NCBI RefSeq assembly: GCF_006345805.1
Contig: NW_021835298.1
Coordinates: 1-53,414 of the forward strand
DNA length: 53,414 nt
Direction: 5' to 3'
DNA from: Octopus sinensis
Taxonomy: Eukaryota
Part shown: piece by piece, positions 49,340 to 53,414 of the stretch
Position numbering within the stretch: the stretch's first letter is position 1
How the letters are laid out: each line of letters opens with the position of its first letter
Position numbers and translations under genes: made by a program
Notes under the pieces: generated by a model
What the model was told of the DNA's origin: nothing
The model's input: the letters and a program-made list of their open reading frames with translations, nothing else
Databases searched by the model: none

Positions 49340-49861
49340 TTGGTATAAAAGATGGGCTTTGTCTTGGTATAAAAGATGGGCTTTGTCTTGGTATAAAAGA
49401 TGGGCTACAGCAAATATTCTGCTCAATACCACAGATTTGCTTGTCAGTTGTTTGACCTTAACCAGTTGAGCATGTTCCTTAGTGGCTGACGATATGTGCA
49501 TCTCTGATCACGAGCAGAAGTAGTGGGGGAGCATCATAGCCATGTGTTGAGAGGGATTCTTTGGGGTTTGAATAATTCACCTCTGGAAACATGGGTGGTT
49601 CTTTCAACATCCTTAAAAACAACCCTTATTCAGGGACCGTTTGAGCGGGATGGGCTACTCAACCTGAAGAAAATTCTAACTGGGCCCCACCTGCAAGGTC
49701 ATGTGCTGTTTATCTTGATATGAGATCACCATGTCGCGCACATATGGTTGTGATGCATGTGCCTGGTGTACCTTTATCAGACGGGTAGTCATGATGGGTA
49801 TATTGGGCTTCGTATATTTTACCCCAGTGTCACTTTGATGGCATGAACTGCTCTCTCACTC
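49340..49861 (+). mobile_element. 5'-truncated copy of the ~550-bp AAT element with reiterated 5' junction
   Basis: 24-mer ttggtataaaagatgggctttgtc at 49340-49363 and 49364-49387, then the body; ends ctctctcactc|(aat)n. Confidence 0.88.
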
Positions 49862-49882
49862 AATAATAATAATAATAATAAT

Positions 49883-49958
49883 ACTTCCAACTTGTCTCTT
49901 GAGGTCTCTGGGTGAGACATGGAGCCAGCTTGTGTAAATGTAAAGCAAAAGTCAAACA

Positions 49959-50029
<71 letters not shown>

Positions 50030-50115
50030 GTAATAGGACTTCCAACTTGTTGTCTCTTGAGGTCTCTGGGTGAGACTTGGAGGCAGCTTGTGTTAATGTA
50101 AAGCAAAAGTCAAAC
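49883..50115 (+). mobile_element. Two ~75-bp copies (49883-49957, 50038-50115) of a probable LINE 3' tip, each in (AAT)n
   Basis: acttccaacttg(ttg)tctcttgaggtctctgggtgagac..aaagcaaaagtcaaac followed by (aat)n. Confidence 0.65.
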
Positions 50116-50188
50116 ATAGAATAATAATAATAATAACAGCATCGAAAAATACCTTAGGAATGAGAACCCGGGTTCGAAATTTCCCCAA

Positions 50189-50234
50189 GACACCTAAAGA
50201 AGGCTGGAGGGTATATCAACCGAAACGTTGTGTT
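50189..50234 (+). ncRNA. Minimal type I hammerhead fold, probably inactivated copy (core CUAAAGA)
   Basis: GACAC-CUAAAGA-A-GGCUG-GAGGGUAUAU-CAACC-GAAACGUU-GUGUU. Stem I 5 bp (one G-U), stem II 4/5, palindromic ACGU; G5 replaced by A. Confidence 0.65.
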
Positions 50235-50294
50235 AACAACAAACAAGATGAGGACAAATATCCGTTGAATGTAAATATTGTAAATATTCGAAAT

Positions 50295-50425
50295 TCACTC
50301 ACAAGGCATTGGTCAGCCGGGAGCTACAGTAGAAGACACATGCCCGAAGTGCCGCACAATGGGACTGAACACAAAATATCGTAGGTGCAATGCGAACTTC
50401 TTAATCACATAGCCACCCGTGCACC
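50295..50425 (-). mobile_element. SINE family 3 head half, diverged
   Basis: cactcacaaggcattggtc..gctacagtagaagacacatgcccgaagtgccgcacaatgggactgaac. Confidence 0.75.
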
Positions 50426-50734
50426 TATTTATTTATTTGCTTATTTATTTATTTATTCATTTGTTTATTTATTTACAAACAGAATATATTTGTTGCGAGG
50501 CTGTGCAGTGGGCAATGTTTGTTGCGTGCAGTAAGAAAAGGCAAGCGCAAGATACGTTTGAATTAAGGTATCTAAAGTTCAATGGAAGAGATAAATTGAG
50601 GGTACGTGTTTAAGTGAATGCATGACGATCGTGGGAGATAGTCGGAAGAAAGCATGAAGTATTTGCAAATCAGAATGACAACTGAAGAATGCTTAAAATA
50701 AAAATATTGAAACACTCAACTATACCTATATGTA

Positions 50735-50787
<53 letters not shown>

Positions 50788-51011
50788 ACAGAGAGAGAGA
50801 GAGAGAGAGAGATGCATACAGACACACACACACACTCATACAACATTTATATATATATAGATATACGATTATACTCTCATCCATATGTATAGGTGTGTGT
50901 ATGCATGTATTTATCTATCTATCTAACTCTCGACATATATAATACACACTCGCGCGCGCACCCACATACATATATATGTACATGCACATTTTATGCGTAA
51001 TGTATCATTAC

Positions 51012-51043
<32 letters not shown>

Positions 51044-51562
51044 AATGCACGCATGCAAACAGACATACACACGCGCGCGTGCGCATATACATCTACATAT
51101 TACAGAAATATAACACATCAAAGAGTAAGAAGTATGTGACATTTGCAGAGAAATTTCTGTGAAAGAATGAAAAGCAGAATCAGCGTGAGATGAGAGAAAG
51201 GAATATACTTTAATGCAGAGATGTACGCTTTTGTTATTTGTGTGTGTGGAGGGCTTTTGTATTGTGAAAGAGAGAGAGGGAGAGAGGGAGAAAGAGTATG
51301 TGTATTTGTGTGTTTGATTGTCTGCACTTATGCTAATAATCTAAAATATACGTGACATAGAATAGGGAGAAAGAGCGAAAGGACAGATATTTTCAGAACT
51401 GTTATTGTAGCGAGACAAAATATGCAACGTTTCTTACATTCGTATATATATATTGATTAACTTGATACTTTCATTAATTTTCATTATGATTATGTTATTA
51501 TGATTGCAATCATTAAAATTATATTTTTTGTATTATTATTGCTGTCGTTCTTGCTCTCATTA

Positions 51563-51597
<35 letters not shown>

Positions 51598-52149
51598 GAG
51601 TGAGAGAGCAGTTCATGCCATCAAAGTGACACTGGGGTAAAATATACGAAGCCCAATATACCCATCATGACTACCCGTCTGATAAAGGTACACCAGGCAC
51701 ATGCATCACAACCATATGTGCGCGACATGGTGGATCTCATATCAAGAGACACAGCACATGACCTTGCAGGTGGGGCCCAGTTGAATTTTCTTCAGGTTGA
51801 GTAGCCCATCCCGCTCAAACGGTCCCTGAATAAGGGTTGTTTAAGGATGTTGAAAGAACCACCCATGTTTCCAGAGGTGAACTATTCAAACCCCAAAGAA
51901 TCCCTCTCAACACATGGCTATGATGCTCCCCCACTACTTCTGCTCGTGATCAGAGATGCACATATCGTCAACCACTAAGGACATGCTCAACTGGTTAAGG
52001 TCAAACAACTGACAAGCAAATCTGTGGTATTGAGCAGAATATTTGCTGTAGCCCATCTTTTATACCAAGACAAAACAATGTACATGATAACACTTCCAAT
52101 CAGTTAAGATCAGAAGCCATGAGAGCCACTGCCTGGTACTGCATCAGGG

Positions 52150-52150
<1 letters not shown>
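51598..52150 (-). mobile_element. Full-length ~553-bp AAT-embedded non-autonomous element
   Basis: Minus strand (aat)n|gccctgatgcagtaccagg ... ctctctcactc|(aat)n. Confidence 0.9.
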
Positions 52151-52216
<66 letters not shown>

Positions 52217-52684
52217 GTTATTATTATTATTATTAATGCTACCACCATTGTCATAATTATTATCAACTCGCTTCATTTTATTTCATTATTAATGATATCC
52301 CTATACATGACTTTGTATAAGACAAAATATAATTTTCGATTTTTAATCTATTTCGCTATTTTTATTTTTCGCTGTGGTTGTGATTTATCAATATTATTGT
52401 TGTTATTATTGCTCATTGTTGCTATATACGGCCGCATAATTCAATTGTTTATTTACCCTTTTTTTAAATTTTAGTCCGTTGCATGTGTGTGTGTGTGTAT
52501 ATGTGTGTGCGTGTATAAATAACTGGATATCCTCGTTGTTTATTTTGATTTTAATCACCTTACATTGTATGGAATGGATAATACCGTACTAAATTCTGGT
52601 ACCTCAACTTAAGTACCATATTCATCTCAATCTAAATTTTTGCTGAACTCATCTACCATACCCAAAGTATAAATATATATATAT

Positions 52685-53101
52685 ACACTTTTACTCTTTT
52701 ACTCTTTTACTTGTTTCAGTCATTTGACTGCGGCCATGCTGGAGCACCGCCTTTAATCGAGCAACTCGACCCCGGGACTTATTCTTTTGTAAGCCCAGTA
52801 CTTATTCTATCGGTCTCTTTTGCCGAACCGTTAAGTGACGGGGACATAAACACACCAGCATCGGTTGTCAAGCAATGCTAGGGGGACAAACACACTCACA
52901 CAAACACACACACGCATATATATATATACATATATACAACGGGCTTCTTCTTTCAGTTCCGTCTACCAAATCCACTCACAAGGCTTTGGTCGCCCGAGGC
53001 TATAGTGGAAGACACTTGCCCAAGGTGCCACGCAGTGGGACTGAACCCGGAACCATGTGGTTGGTAAACAAGCTACTTACCACACAGCACCACTCCTGCG
53101 C

Positions 53102-53105
<4 letters not shown>
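52685..53105 (-). mobile_element. SINE family 3, full length, young
   Basis: Head aggcgcaggagtggtgctgtgtggtaag through the (taaaagag)n tail on the minus strand. Confidence 0.92.
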
Positions 53106-53146
<41 letters not shown>

Positions 53147-53194
53147 ACAAAGGAAAGCAAAAAAAGAAAAAAAACGGGTACATCTTTTTCAATT

Positions 53195-53414
53195 CTACAT
53201 TTCTGCTAAAACGGACAGGTCAGTAAACAACCTCGCCTTGAATTCATAATATTCTGTACTGACCCTGAGATGTATAATATATTTGTTTTAATCTTTTCTG
53301 CCCATTTTTTCAAATATTCTCATCATACTGTTGTACTTTTTATGTCCTTAACATGTCCCTGTTACCAAAGACTGTATATATACATGTAATGTGGCAATTT
53401 GCAACAACCAATAA
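53195..53414 (+). mobile_element. Homolog of the 34600-34900 Penelope-like region, runs off window end
   Basis: tttctgctaa..gacaggtcagt..ctcgccttgaa..ctgagatgtata; taccaaagactgtatatatacatgtaatgtg.caatttgc.acaaccaataa. Confidence 0.7.

Larger units (their letters stand above)
49195..50286 (+). mobile_element. Composite: tRNA-like head + (AAT)n + hammerhead-bearing body, split by three nested insertions
   Basis: B-box gagttcgattcc 49299-49310; body 50135-50286 with hammerhead fold; 28-bp inverted repeat (24/28) at 49225-49252 and 50259-50286 brackets the unit. Confidence 0.6.

Noticed and set aside
482-53147. Dozens of ORFs rich in YI, HT, CV, MYVC, LSIY or poly-S/V/I/L
   Set aside because: They are translations of microsatellites, usually present in several frames and on both strands, with no domain content.

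Overview
AT-rich, microsatellite-saturated eukaryotic DNA. The repeat families resemble octopus/cephalopod repeats, but that is recalled, not searched. I cannot support any intact host gene. Almost all ORFs in the track are translations of (TA)n, (CA)n, (CATA)n, (GATA)n, (AAT)n or (GAA)n repeats. The real coding content is transposon-derived: a near-complete DD34D mariner (2463-3728), a 4-kb Tx1/L1-clade LINE with only two frameshifts sitting in (GATA)n (15064-19035), at least seven R4/Dong-like (RLE) LINE fragments, Penelope-like fragments carrying minimal hammerhead folds, mariner MITEs, a 5'-5' fold-back mariner, and about 40 copies or units of three tRNA-derived SINE families. Main observations: (1) one SINE subtype shares its 3' terminal ~50 nt with the Tx1 LINE, and it repeatedly sits at one fixed site inside the tRNA-like head of its own family, building ~185-bp tandem arrays; (2) different retroelement clades occupy different microsatellites (Tx1 in GATA, Dong in AAT, a second R4-like family in CATA, Penelope-like and mariner in TA); (3) several short elements carry minimal type I hammerhead folds with variant cores, one apparently behind a tRNA-like head.
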